From positions 160,001-224,000 of the forward strand of contig CAVSOU010000017.1 in NCBI GenBank assembly GCA_963729625.1: a stretch of 64,000 nucleotides of DNA, in the 5' to 3' direction. The stretch comes from an uncultured bacterium (GTDB taxonomy: Bacteria > Chloroflexota > UBA5177 > JANWHV01). Under the pieces are notes generated by a model, which was not told the DNA's origin, made no database searches, and saw nothing but the letters and a program-made list of their open reading frames with translations. Below are positions 18,680 through 29,800 of the stretch, one piece after another (position 1 is the stretch's first letter; each line of letters begins with the position of its first letter). Made by a program: the position numbers and the translations under genes.

Positions 18680-20656
18680 ATGGCGACGCCGATAGAGCCG
18701 GAAGGTGTGCTGGACACGGGGATCACATCCCTCTACGATGTGAAAACCCGGGCGGCGGGCCCGTCCGGTAGCCTGCCGCTCACAGAGAAGATGCTGCTCG
18801 AGCAACCAAGCGGCGACATTTTCGGCCTCACGCAAGACGCCGGGATGGGCTGGGAGCCGCGGCTGCTCGATCGGAAGGAGTTTTTGATCCTGAGTACGCA
18901 GGGCGGCATACGCCGGCCGGACGGCTCCCCCGTCGCGCTCGGCTACCATACCGGCCACTGGGAGGTAGGGCTGCTGATGACGGCGGCGGCCGAGGAGCTG
19001 CGTGCCCTCGATGCCACGCCGTTTGCCGGATTCTGCACCGATCCCTGTGACGGCCGCAGCCAGGGCACCGTGGCCATGATGGATTCCCTTCCTTACAGAA
19101 ACGATGCGGCACAGGTGTTCCGGCGGCTGATACGCTCCCTCCCTACCAGGAAGGGTGTGATTGGAGTAGCGACCTGTGATAAAGGCCTGCCGGCCATGAT
19201 GATGGCCCTGGCAGCCATGCGCGATCTGCCCTGCGTGCTGGTGCCGGGCGGCGTAACGCTGCCGGCAGAAGGAGGGGAGGATGCCGGCACGACACAGACT
19301 CTCAACGTGCGCTTCGCAAATCAGATGATCTCGTTGCAAGACGCCGCGATAGCGGGATGCCGTGTATGCGGCACGCCCGGCGGCGGCTGCCAGTTTCTCG
19401 GCACCGCGGCAACCGCTCAGGTGGTTGCCGAGGCGCTGGGCCTGGCCCTGCCGCACTCAGCGCTGGCGCCGTCGGGCCAGCCAATCTGGCTGGACATGGC
19501 GCGCCGCTCGGCGCGCTCGGTGGTCGCCCTGGAGGCGCGGGGGATCACGATGTCCCAGATCCTGACGCAGGAGGCACTGCACAACGCCATGGTCGTGCAC
19601 GCCGCCTTCGGCGGTTCCACCAATTTGCTGCTCCACATCCCGGCTATTGCCTATCACGCCGGTCTGCGCCGACCGGACGTGGCGGACTGGCACCGCATCA
19701 ACCTGCAGGTGCCGCGGCTCGTGGATGCCCTGCCGAACGGGCCGCTCAACCATCCGACGATCCGCGTGTTCCTGGCGGGCGGCGTGCCTGAAGTGATGCT
19801 GCATCTGCGGCGGCTGAAGCTGCTGCACGAGGAGGTGCTGACGGTGGCCGGGACGCAGCTCGGCGCCGTTCTCGACTGGTGGGAGCGATCGGAACGCCGC
19901 GAACGGCTGCGGGAACGGCTGGTTAGCGAGGACGGTGTCGATCCGGATTCCGTGATCATGAGCCCCGATCAGGCCAGGGCTCGCGGACTCACCAGTACCG
20001 TTACCTTCCCACGCGGCAACCTGGCCCCCGAGGGAAGCGTGATCAAGAGCACGTCGATTGACCCGTCGGTAGTCGACGCCGACGGCGTATACAGGAAAGT
20101 CGGCCCGGCCAGGGTGTTCACGAGTGAGCGAGGCGTGATGACCGCGCTCAAGAGCCTGGGATCGGATCGTATTCGTCCCGGCGACGTGATCGTACTCTGC
20201 TGCCGAGGCCCGCTCGGCGCCGGCATGGAAGAGATCGCGCAAATCACGTTTGCACTGAAGAATCTGCCTTTTGGCAAGCACGTGGCAGTGCTGACCGACG
20301 CCCGATTCTCCGGCGTCTCGACCGGCGCGTGCATCGGTCATATTGGACCCGAGGCTTTGGCCGGAGGACCGATCGGTAAGGTCCTGGACGGCGATCTGAT
20401 CGAGATAGTGATCGACCGCGGTCTTCTCGAGGGCAGCGTCAACCTGGTAGGCCATGGCACGACCACGATCGGGGCCGAGGCGGGCGCGCGTCTCCTGGTT
20501 GAGCGTCCCAGCCGGCCGGACCTGGCGCCGGACCCGGCGCTGCCGGACGATACGCGGCTGTGGGCCTTGCTCCAGGCAGTCGGTGGCGGCACGTGGGGAG
20601 GCTGCGTGGCGGATGTCGACGCGATCGCCGCTGCGCTGGCGCGTGGAATGGCCTGA
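18680..20656 (+). CDS. YjhG/YagF-family sugar-acid (D-xylonate-type) dehydratase, IlvD/Edd superfamily
   Basis: [81 protein letters not shown]. Confidence 0.93.
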   Translation: MATPIEPEGVLDTGITSLYDVKTRAAGPSGSLPLTEKMLLEQPSGDIFGLTQDAGMGWEPRLLDRKEFLILSTQGGIRRPDGSPVALGYHTGHWEVGLLMTAAAEELRALDATPFAGFCTDPCDGRSQGTVAMMDSLPYRNDAAQVFRRLIRSLPTRKGVIGVATCDKGLPAMMMALAAMRDLPCVLVPGGVTLPAEGGEDAGTTQTLNVRFANQMISLQDAAIAGCRVCGTPGGGCQFLGTAATAQVVAEALGLALPHSALAPSGQPIWLDMARRSARSVVALEARGITMSQILTQEALHNAMVVHAAFGGSTNLLLHIPAIAYHAGLRRPDVADWHRINLQVPRLVDALPNGPLNHPTIRVFLAGGVPEVMLHLRRLKLLHEEVLTVAGTQLGAVLDWWERSERRERLRERLVSEDGVDPDSVIMSPDQARARGLTSTVTFPRGNLAPEGSVIKSTSIDPSVVDADGVYRKVGPARVFTSERGVMTALKSLGSDRIRPGDVIVLCCRGPLGAGMEEIAQITFALKNLPFGKHVAVLTDARFSGVSTGACIGHIGPEALAGGPIGKVLDGDLIEIVIDRGLLEGSVNLVGHGTTTIGAEAGARLLVERPSRPDLAPDPALPDDTRLWALLQAVGGGTWGGCVADVDAIAAALARGMA

Positions 20657-20723
20657 ATCGCCGGCAATCGGCCGAACATGATACGGTGACCATAGCACCG
20701 GGCCGTCATGAGGAGGGTGGTTC

Positions 20724-21632
20724 ATGTATAGCGGCGTCTTTCCAGTTCTGCCGACCACGTTCGACGAACATGGCGTGCTGGATCTCGAGAGCCAGAAGCG
20801 CAGCGTCGACTTCCTGATCGCCGCGGGCGTGGACGGCATCTGCATTCTGGCCAACTACTCGGAGCAGTTCTCCCTGCTCGACGCCGAGCGGCAGCAACTG
20901 ACCGAGGTGCTGCTGGCGCACGTAGCCGGGCGCGTGCCGGTGATCGTCACCACCACCCACTTCAGCTCGGCGATTGCCGCCGCGCGCAGCCGGCAGGCTC
21001 AGGATCTTGGCGCGGCAATGGTGATGCTGATGCCGCCGTATCATGGCGCGGCAATTCGTGCCACGGAGCAGGGGATCGTCGAGTTCTTTCGTACCGTCTC
21101 GGATGCGATCAGCATTCCGATCATGCTCCAGGACGCTCCTGTGAGTGGCATGCCCCTCTCTCCCGCGCTACTGGCCCGGCTGGCGCAGGAGGTCGATAAC
21201 CTGAAGTACTTCAAGATCGAGGGACCAGGAGCTACCGCCAAGCTGCGCGATCTCACGGAGCGCGGCGGGCACGGCATTGAGGGTCCGTTTGACGGCGAGG
21301 AGGCCATCACGCTGCTGCCCGATCTCGATGCAGGCGCGACCGGCACGATGCCGAGCAGTATGATTCCCGAGATCCTCGCGCGCGTGGCGTCACTTTACCG
21401 TAGCGGCAGTCGCGATCAAGCCATGGCCCTCTACGAGCACTGGGTGCCGCTGATTCTCTACGAAAACCGGCAATGTGGGTTGCATGCCGCGAAGGTGCTG
21501 ATGAAGGAGGGAGGGATCATCGCGTGCGAAGCTACGCGCCACCCCTTTGCTCCGCTGCACCCTGCCACCCGCGCGGGCCTGGTCGAGATTGCCCGCCGGT
21601 TGGATCCGCTCATCTTGCGCTGGGCACGCTAG
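20724..21632 (+). CDS. DHDPS/NAL-family 2-keto-3-deoxy-L-arabinonate dehydratase-like enzyme
   Basis: GVFPVLPTTF, ILANYSEQF, MPPYHGA, QDAPVSG, YFKIE and GPFDGEEAITLL closely follow the Azospirillum L-KDA dehydratase as I recall it. Confidence 0.85.
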   Translation: MYSGVFPVLPTTFDEHGVLDLESQKRSVDFLIAAGVDGICILANYSEQFSLLDAERQQLTEVLLAHVAGRVPVIVTTTHFSSAIAAARSRQAQDLGAAMVMLMPPYHGAAIRATEQGIVEFFRTVSDAISIPIMLQDAPVSGMPLSPALLARLAQEVDNLKYFKIEGPGATAKLRDLTERGGHGIEGPFDGEEAITLLPDLDAGATGTMPSSMIPEILARVASLYRSGSRDQAMALYEHWVPLILYENRQCGLHAAKVLMKEGGIIACEATRHPFAPLHPATRAGLVEIARRLDPLILRWAR

Positions 21633-21712
21633 CGATGACTGCGCGAGGGTGGCTCCAGCGTTTGTGGCCGCGCGCAAAAGCGTCGATGAAAACGTCGAAA
21701 GGATAGGGTTCG

Positions 21713-23188
21713 ATGGCGATAGGCACACGCGTATACCAGAACTACATCAACGGAGAGTGGAAGGCCGCGTCGAACGGCGAGGAGCACGCGAACCTCAACC
21801 CAGCACGGCCGGCCGACGTCATCGGCTTCTTTCCGCGGTCGACCGCCGACGATGTGCGCGCGGCAATAGCCGCCGCGGTTGCCGCGCGCGTCGGCTGGGC
21901 CGGCACCTCGCAGTTGCGCCGCGGCGAGATCCTGCTGCGTGCGGCCGAGCTGCTGGCCGCTCGCGTCGACGAGGTGGCCGCGGCCATGACGCGCGAGGAA
22001 GGGAAGACCCTGCGCGAGGCGCGAGGAGAAACGCTGCGTGGCGTGGCCATTCTTCGCTATTTCGCCGGCGAAGGCCCACAGCCGATAGGCGAGGTCTATC
22101 CGTCCGCCAACACGCGCACCATGCTGTATACACTGCACGTACCGCTCGGCGTTGTCGGCGCGATCACGCCGTGGAACTTCCCCGTCGCCATCCCGCTGTG
22201 GAAGGTCGCGCCGGCGCTCGTGTACGGCAATACGGTGGTCTTGAAGCCGGCGGAGCTGACGCCGCTTACCGCCACACTGTTAGTTGAGATTCTCGCGGAG
22301 GCTGGCCTGCCGCCCGGGGTGCTCAACCTGGTCGCCGGCAGCGGCTCCACCATCGGGCCGGTATTGGGCGAGTCAGCCGAGGTGACGGGCGTCTCGTTTA
22401 CCGGCTCGAACCTTGTGGGCCGTGGGCTTCAGCGGGCGGTGCAAGAGCGGGGCGGCAAGATTCAGCTGGAGTTGGGCGGCAAGAATCCGGTGATAGTGCT
22501 CGAAGACGCCGATCTCGATCAGGCCGCCACGCTGACCGTCAACGGCGCCATGCTCTCCACGGGACAGAAATGTACGGCGACCAGCCGCGCCATCGTCGTG
22601 CGCGGGGTCCTCGATGCCTTTACCGAGAAAGTGCTGGCACGGGTCAACGCGATGGTGGTAGGCGACGGGCTCGACGAGCGCACCAACATGGGTCCATGCG
22701 TCTCGGCGGCCCAGCGCGATACCGTGCTGCAGTACTTCCAGATCGCGCGCCAGGAAGGAGCGACCCTGCTGACCGGAGGCAGCACCCTGGATGCGGCCGA
22801 GTATCATGGCGGCTACTTCGTGCAGCCGACCGTCTACGGGGGCGTGCGGCCCGAGATGCGCATCGCACAGGAGGAGATCTTTGGGCCCGTGCTGGGTATT
22901 ATCCCGGCAGACGACACCGAGCAGGCGCTGGCGATCGCCAATGGCGTGCGCTACGGCCTGTCCGCGTCGATTTTCACCCGAGATATCGCCAGGAGCTTCC
23001 GCTTCACGCGCCAGATGCAGGCCGGCATCATCCACATCAACGGCGAGACCGCGGGAGCGGAGCCTCAGGTGCCGTTTGGCGGCATGAAGGAATCGAGCTC
23101 GTTCTCTCGCGAACAAGGGAAAGCCGCGGCACAGTTTTTCACGCAGACAAAGACCGTGTATTTCGACGAGCCGGCGTCGCCGGCATGA
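21713..23188 (+). CDS. Aldehyde dehydrogenase, probably alpha-ketoglutaric semialdehyde dehydrogenase
   Basis: ITPWNFP, FTGS, LELGGKNP, GQKCTATSR, EEIFGPV, PFGGMKESS, REQG; operon context supports KGSADH. Confidence 0.88.
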   Translation: MAIGTRVYQNYINGEWKAASNGEEHANLNPARPADVIGFFPRSTADDVRAAIAAAVAARVGWAGTSQLRRGEILLRAAELLAARVDEVAAAMTREEGKTLREARGETLRGVAILRYFAGEGPQPIGEVYPSANTRTMLYTLHVPLGVVGAITPWNFPVAIPLWKVAPALVYGNTVVLKPAELTPLTATLLVEILAEAGLPPGVLNLVAGSGSTIGPVLGESAEVTGVSFTGSNLVGRGLQRAVQERGGKIQLELGGKNPVIVLEDADLDQAATLTVNGAMLSTGQKCTATSRAIVVRGVLDAFTEKVLARVNAMVVGDGLDERTNMGPCVSAAQRDTVLQYFQIARQEGATLLTGGSTLDAAEYHGGYFVQPTVYGGVRPEMRIAQEEIFGPVLGIIPADDTEQALAIANGVRYGLSASIFTRDIARSFRFTRQMQAGIIHINGETAGAEPQVPFGGMKESSSFSREQGKAAAQFFTQTKTVYFDEPASPA

Positions 23189-23342
23189 CCGCGCGTGCCA
23201 AGGGGCTGCCGGTGAGAGTTTATGAAACCTCGTGCCAGTGTGTAGAGAGTGCAGGCTGTGTTGGCGATAGCCAGCTCCCTCGTACGATCGAGGCACAAAT
23301 GGCACGAGACGCGAGTCGCCAGGGTGAAAAGGGAGCCGCACG

Positions 23343-23609
23343 ATGTTCGTCAACACACCAGCAGTTGACGTCCGCGCAGACGTACTGGCACGCTACCAGC
23401 GGATTCGAGAGGACTACTTGGCGGGCAAGACAGTCGATCACATTCAGTTGATGGTGAGCTACGCCCAGGCACGATTCGTGCTTGGTGAAACCGCTTCGGC
23501 GCAGTTGCTCCGCTCGGCGCGCCATCTCGCTCCAGCGTCTTTCGCCGCGCAGGAAACGCTCCGTGCAAACAGGATTTCCGAGGTAAGAAAGATCGCCTCA
23601 CGAGCGTGA
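23343..23609 (+). CDS. Hypothetical protein (88 aa)
   Basis: GGGAG upstream of ATG; overlaps the next start (GTGA); no recognised motif. Confidence 0.45.
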   Translation: MFVNTPAVDVRADVLARYQRIREDYLAGKTVDHIQLMVSYAQARFVLGETASAQLLRSARHLAPASFAAQETLRANRISEVRKIASRA

Positions 23610-23794
23610 CCATCGTCGCCGAGCGCCCCGACACGGCCGACGCCATGATGCTCATCGGCGAACTCGAGGCCCTCCTGGAACCGCTCTATCCCCCCGCAAG
23701 CCGTCACGGGCTGAGCGCGGAGCGGTTGATCGTGGAAGCCGTGGCGTTGTTCCTGCTCCGGACGGATGGCACGGCGGCCGGTTGCTGCGCATGA
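23606..23794 (+). pseudogene. 5' fragment of a GNAT acetyltransferase
   Basis: IVAERPDTADAMMLIGELEALLEPLYPPASRHGLSAERLI...DGTAAGC, then a stop before the acetyl-CoA-binding motif. Confidence 0.7.
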
Positions 23795-24989
23795 CACCGG
23801 CGTTTTCGCGAACACCCGGAGCGATAGGGGATACTACGCGTTCCTCGCCCATGGTCTGGAGAGCAAGACATACGTGGCCGCGGTGCAGTCGAGCGGCTAC
23901 CTTACGTCGATGATGGGGAAATACCTCAACGGATACGAGCCCTCGACCCTCTATCAACCTGCCGGTTGGAACGACTGGAATGTCGCCGGCAACGGGTACC
24001 CGGAGTTCAACCACGGCCTGGATGAGAACGGGAAGCTCGTTCACTACGGCGGTCCGACCAATGCAGGCAACTATATGACCCAGGTGCTTGCAGGCAAGGG
24101 CACGGCGTTCATCGCTCAGGCGGCAGCCGCCAGTAAGCCGTTTGTGATGGAGGTGGCGACGTTCGCGCCGCACGCCCCCTACACGCCCGCCCCGAGCGAC
24201 GTCAAGCTCTTCCCGGGGTTGACAGCGCCGCGCGTCGCCTCGTTTGATAAGAACAATACCAACCCGCCCGTATGGCTCGGTCCTCGATTGCCGTTGACCC
24301 CCAAGCAGATCAAGCTGATCGACACCGGGTTCAGAAAGCGGGTTCAGGCCGTGCAGGCAGTCGACCGACTGATCGCCCAACTGGAAAACACGCTGGCCGC
24401 TCGCGGCCTGGCCCAGAATACCTATGTCGTGTTCAGCTCCGATAACGGGTACCATATGGGCCAGCACCGCCTCCTGCCTGGCAAGATGACCGCCTTCGAC
24501 ACGGACATTCGCGTGCCGCTCATCGTGGCCAGCCCCGGCGTGCCGCAAGGAAAAGCGGTCTCGCGGCTCGCCGAGAACATTGATCTGAACCCCACATTCG
24601 TCCAGCTTGCCGGCGACACGCCGGATCTATCCGTCGACGGCCATAGCCTCGTGCCTCTGATCCTTGGCCAGCCGGTCGCCCAATGGCGAACGGTGGCCCT
24701 GGTCGAGCACCATGGACCAGACAACGACGTCACGGACGTCGACCACGAGAGCGACAAGCTGAGCGGCAATCGAGTCACCTACGAGGCGATCCGAATGGCA
24801 GGCGGCGTCTACGTCGAGTATGTCAACGGCGAGCACGAATACTACAACATCGTCAAGGATCCGGAGGAGATGGACAACCTCTATTCTCCGCTCAGCCCCG
24901 CCGACCAGGCGCGCCTGCACATGATCGTGGCCGCGCTATCGACGTGCCACGGCACCGCAAACTGCTGGACGGCAGGCCTTCCGCACTGA
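23787..24989 (+). pseudogene. 5'-truncated sulfatase (GlcNAc-6-sulfatase-like)
   Basis: AHDTGV, MMGKYLNGY, TFAPHAPY, FSSDNGYHMGQH, PGKMTAFDTDIRVPL; lacks the N-terminal DD metal site and the CxPxR formylglycine motif. Confidence 0.85.
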
Positions 24990-25218
24990 GCACGGATCAG
25001 GACTTTCGCGCCATCGAGGTACTCGATCACTCACAGCGTACGTCACATGAGTGATTCCACCTGACAAACGTGACAGAAGCGCGCAAACCTCCTGCGTCCG
25101 CGCCAGGGTTCAAAATAACAGAACCGCGGGTCGGCGCAGGAGGTTCACACTGGTTTCCTGGTCGATCCTCACGCGGAGCTTGCTGACTCTCCTCACAGCT
25201 TGACCACAACCCGCTTAG

Positions 25219-26637
25219 CCTTCTTTATTCATGGCCGCCCCGGACGTGCCGCGAGCAGGTACCAGAGCGCTTCACCAGGATGGCTACTGGCGAGGTGCAG
25301 GGAGAGGCCATCCAGGTGCCGACGGACCCAGCCGCCGATCTTGATGAGGCGGAGCCGCAGGGTACCCAACTGCTGGTGGGGCACGTGGACGTGGGCGAGC
25401 CAATGCCGGATCGTGTCGAACAGCCAGTAGGCGGCGGCATGCAGCAGCAAGCGGAACTGATTGGGCCAAAACCGATGGTCACTCAGGCGGTCGGCGAAGC
25501 AGTCGTCCTTGAGGTCCTTGATGCACAGCTCGGGCCGGTCACCACGCTGGGTGTACCAGTGGTAGAGCGCCGCAGGCGCATCGGTACGCGTGGTGACGAC
25601 AAAGCGGGTATTCATGCCCTTCTCGAGGGCCTCGGCTTTGATGACCACCCGGCGGGGCTGCTCCCAGGTGTCTGCTTGATAGGTGGTCTCGGCGAAGAGC
25701 CGCGCTTTCTCGCCCGTCTGGGCGCGCTGAGCGGCTGCCTCCGTGGCGAGCGGCGCTGCCAGCGCCGTCAAGCGGGCGTTGGTCGCCAGGCCGATGGTAT
25801 AGGCGATCTGCTCGGCTTCCAGATAGGTGTACAGCGCTGGCACGGCAAAGCCGGCGTCTGCACGGACTTCAATGCTGACCCCGGGCCAGCGTGCGCGGAT
25901 GGCCTGCACCAGCCGGCGCAGCACGCCGACCGCACCGCGGCTGGCATGACAGGTGCCCGGCCGCAGCACGGCGGTGATCAGCTGGCCGGTCTCGCCGTCG
26001 AAGACGAGCAGCGGATGCTACATGTACTGGCCATAGTAGCCGTGGTAGGCCACGCCCTCCTGCTGCCCATGGGCCGGGTCATCCGTGCCGTCCAGGTCCA
26101 GCACAAGGTGCGTGGGCACGCCCGCCAGCTCCCGGGCTTGCAGGTAGACCTGCACCAGCGCCCGTGCCAGTCGGTAACACGCCCGGCCGTCCACGGCATT
26201 CTCCAGCCGCGCCAGTGTCGGCTGACTCGCCAGGTCCGCCTGCTCGGGCAAGCGCCCACACACCAGCTTCAGCAGCGGATCGGTGCGCAGACTGTCCGCG
26301 TCGTCCTGGTCTTCGTAGCCACAGGCAATCTGGAAGACCCGCTGACGGACCAGCGTCTGCAGCGTATGGCGTACTGGCCCACGCCGCCACTCGGGAATCT
26401 GCTGGGCCAGCGCCGCACACAACCCAAGGCTGCTGTCGGCTTCGGCCAGCCAACACAGGCCGCCATCACTAGTCAACTGCGGGCCATCAAACTGGGTGGA
26501 CAGGGACGAACCGGCGAGGGAAAAGGGGATAGACTGGGACACGAGGCATCTCCGGGGTTAGGCGTTGGTTTCGACAACTTCAACCTACCCCTTACGGCGA
26601 TGCCTCGCTCCTTCGCTCCCTCCGTGAATAATTCAGG
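25219..26637 (-). mobile_element. IS1380-family insertion sequence
   Basis: Terminal IRs CCTTCTTTATTCATGG / CCTGAATTATTCACGG (12/16 identical); TTAG target duplication at 25215-25218 and 26638-26641; transposase inside. Confidence 0.9.
25229..26542 (-). pseudogene. IS1380-family DDE transposase with an in-frame amber stop
   Basis: TSDGG, GYEDQDD, LASQPTLARLEN, LDLDGTDDPAHGQQE, YM*HPLLVFDG (TAG at 26018-26020), RADAGF, YTQRG, ELCIKDLK, NQFRL; the two ORFs share a frame. Confidence 0.92.
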
Positions 26638-26805
26638 TTAGGCGCGCGTTGCGTCTCTGCCTACGCCCACGTCTTCCGCGGAGCCCTCCAATAACCATGG
26701 AGAACCATGGAGATGCTCAAACGACGAGGCGTGCCCATGTGCTATGCTGGTCCTGCCATTCATGTGGCCACGTAAAGTGTCTCGTGCACGCACCGAGTAG
26801 AGGCG

Positions 26806-29800
26806 ATGGAGACGGCGCAGCCGGAAGACACCGGTCAGCCACACACCTTCGCGAAGTTGCTGCGACACTACCGTACCGCGGCCGGCTTCACCCAGGAGGA
26901 GCTGGCTGAACGCGCCGGCCTGAGTCTGCGCGGCGTGCTCTACCTGGAACGCGGCGGCCGGCAGCCCTATCGAGATACTATCCGTCGCCTGGCCGACGCG
27001 CTGGCGCTCAGCCAGGAGGGCCGTGCCGCCTTGCTGGCGGCGGGACGCCGGCACGGCAGCGGCGATGCGGCAAGTCCCGCCGCAGGAGCGCCGCTGCCGC
27101 GCGAGGATGAGCCGGAGGAGGCACAGCCCGGGTGGATCTACGTGGCCCATGCCCAGGGCGATCGCGGGCGAGTTGAGCGGCTGCGTGGCGACCTGCAGCG
27201 ACACGGCACCCCCACCTGGGTGGACCTGGATGACCTGCCGGCCGGCACCCCGAGCTGGGAGCAGGCCCTGCGCGAGGCCATTCGCGGTGCCTTGGCGGTG
27301 CTGCTCGTCGCCTCCCCTCAGACGCGCTCCTCACGCTATGTCGCCGACGAGCTGCGCATCGCCGAGCTGTATGGGCGGTGCGTCTACCCACTGTGGGTCG
27401 AGGGCGAGCAGTGGATGGAGTGCGTGCCGCTGGGCTGGGGCGGCCTGCAGTACCTCGATGCGCGGGGCGACCGCTACGAGGTGGCACTCGACGCGCTAGC
27501 CGCTGAGGCGCGGCATCGGCCTGAGCAGCAGCCGGCCGTAGCCGCCGAACCCTCCCATCCGGCCGGGGTACCCGCTGCGGCGGGTCGGGGAGGCTTGTCT
27601 GAGCCGCGGAATCCCTACAAGGGGCTGCGTCCCTTCACCGCGGCGGATGCGGGCGACTTCTTCGGCAGGGAGCGGCTGGTGGAAGCGCTGCTGGAGGCGC
27701 TGCCCGCAGCGGGGAGCAGCACGCCGCGCTTCCTGGCGCTGGTGGGGGCCAGCGGCTCGGGGAAGTCGAGCGTGATCCTGGCCGGACTGCTGCCGCGCCT
27801 GCAGGCCGGGGCGCTGCTGGGGAGTGCCGAATGGACGTACTTGCCGCCTATCACGCCGGGGTCACGGCCGCTGGATGCGCTGGCCCAGACCCTCCACGCC
27901 GCGCTCCCCACGTCGGTGGATCTGGCGAGTATCCGAGCCGCGCTGGCGGAGGAGCCGGACGGCCTGCATCGCCTGGCGCGGCAACTGGAGAGCGGGCCGG
28001 GCCAGCGGGTCGTCCTGGTGCTCGACCAGGCCGAGGAGTTGTTCGCGACGGCGGTAGCGGAGGAAGAGCGGCGGTGCTGCGTCGACCTGCTGGTGACGGC
28101 GGCGACCGCGCCGGGTGGACCCGTGCTTGTGGTGCTGACCCTGCGCGCCGACTTCTACGACCGGCCCCTCCGCTATCCTGCCCTGGGCGCCCTGCTGCAG
28201 GCGCACGACGTCGCGGTGCTGGCGCCTACTACGGCCGACCTGCGGCAGGCCATCGAGGGACCGGCGGCGCTACCGGACGTGCAGCTGAGCTTCGACGAGG
28301 ACCTGGTTGGCGACCTGTTGTTCGACCTGCGCGGCCAGGCCGGGGCGTTGCCGCTGCTGCAGTTCACGCTGGACGAGCTGTTCGCCCGCCGGGAGGGGCA
28401 CCGGTTGTGCGGGGCGGCCTATCGGGCGCTGGGCGGCGTGCGCGGCGCCCTGGCGCGGCACGCCGAAGCCGCCTACGCCGCGCTGCCGAGCAAGGAGCAT
28501 AGGACGCTGGCGCGCGCGCTGTTCCTGCGGCTGATCGACCCCGGCGAGAGCGAGCAGGACACGACGCGACGCCGCGCCGCGATGGGCGAATTTACCTTGC
28601 CCGACCGGGCGCAGACCGATCGCTTACAGCAAGTCATCCAGGCATTCATCGGGGCGCGGCTGCTGGTAGCCGGGCGCTCGACGGCCGGGACGACGAATGC
28701 ATCCGAGACCACGGTCGAGGTGAGCCACGAGGCGCTGATGCGCGAGTGGCCGCGGCTGGCCGGCTGGCTGCGCGAGGCACGCGAGGACGTGCGGCTGCAG
28801 CAGGCGACCAGCGCGGATGCCGCAGCCTGGGAGCAGCACGGGCAACCGGCAGACCGCCTCTATCGCGGCTCGCTGCTGCTGGAGGCGGAGGCCTGGGCCG
28901 CGCGCAACACGCCGAGCACGCAGGAGGCGGCGTTTCTCGACGCGGCACGGCTCGAGCGCGACGTGCAGGCGCTGGAAGAGCGCGAGCGGCAGGCGCGGCA
29001 GTTGGCGCTGACGCAAGACGCACTGGCGGCGAACCGGCGAGCAGCCTATCGGCTCCGCCTGCTGGTGGGCATCCTGGCCCTCTTCCTGCTGGTGGCGGCA
29101 GGCTTGAGCGTGTTTGCGGTGCGTAGCGCGCTGCAGGCGAAGCAGAACGAACACAGCGCCGAGGCCGCTGCCACGGCGGCGTCCATCGCTCGCGTCGCGC
29201 TGAGTGAGAAGGATCTGGCGCTCTCGGCCACGCTGGCAGCGCAGGCGAACAAGCTGCTGGGTAGCCACGAGGACCTGGCGCTGCTGCTGAGCGTGGAGGC
29301 GGAGCGCACGGCCAATACGATCGAGGCGCGCGGCGCCCTGCTCGCGAGTCTGGAAAGCGTGCCGCCACGCCTGATCCGTTTTCTCGGCGGGCACAGCGGC
29401 GGCGTGCGGGCGCTGGCATTCAGCCCCGACGGCACCCTGCTGGCCTCGGGCGGCGACGACGGCACCGTCCGGCTTTGGGACGCGGCGAGTGGGCGGGCGA
29501 TCGGATCGCCGCTGAGTGGAGGAGCGGGGACAGTAAACAGCGTGGCCTTCAGTCCGGACGGGCGGCTGCTGGCCGCGGGCGGCGCGGACGGCGCGGTGCG
29601 GCTCTGGCGGCGCATTGGGTCGGGTGGCCGGTGGGCGCCCTGGGGTGGGCTGCTCAGGGGCCAGCAGGACCAGGTGCGGGTGGTGGCGTTCAGCGCGAAC
29701 GGCAGCGTGCTGGCCTCGAGCAGCTGGGACGGCAGCACCTGGCTGTGGGACCTGGGCGGCGCCATGCCACACGGCGCGGCGCTGACCACCCATGCCTCCT

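Noticed and set aside
23766-24989. Intact sulfatase gene
   Set aside because: The catalytic CxPxR motif and N-terminal metal ligands are missing; recorded as a pseudogene.
26018-26020. In-frame TAG as possible stop-codon recoding
   Set aside because: TAG ends many genes normally in this window (for example at 3276, 5964 and 38297); a one-base Tyr-to-amber change is simpler.
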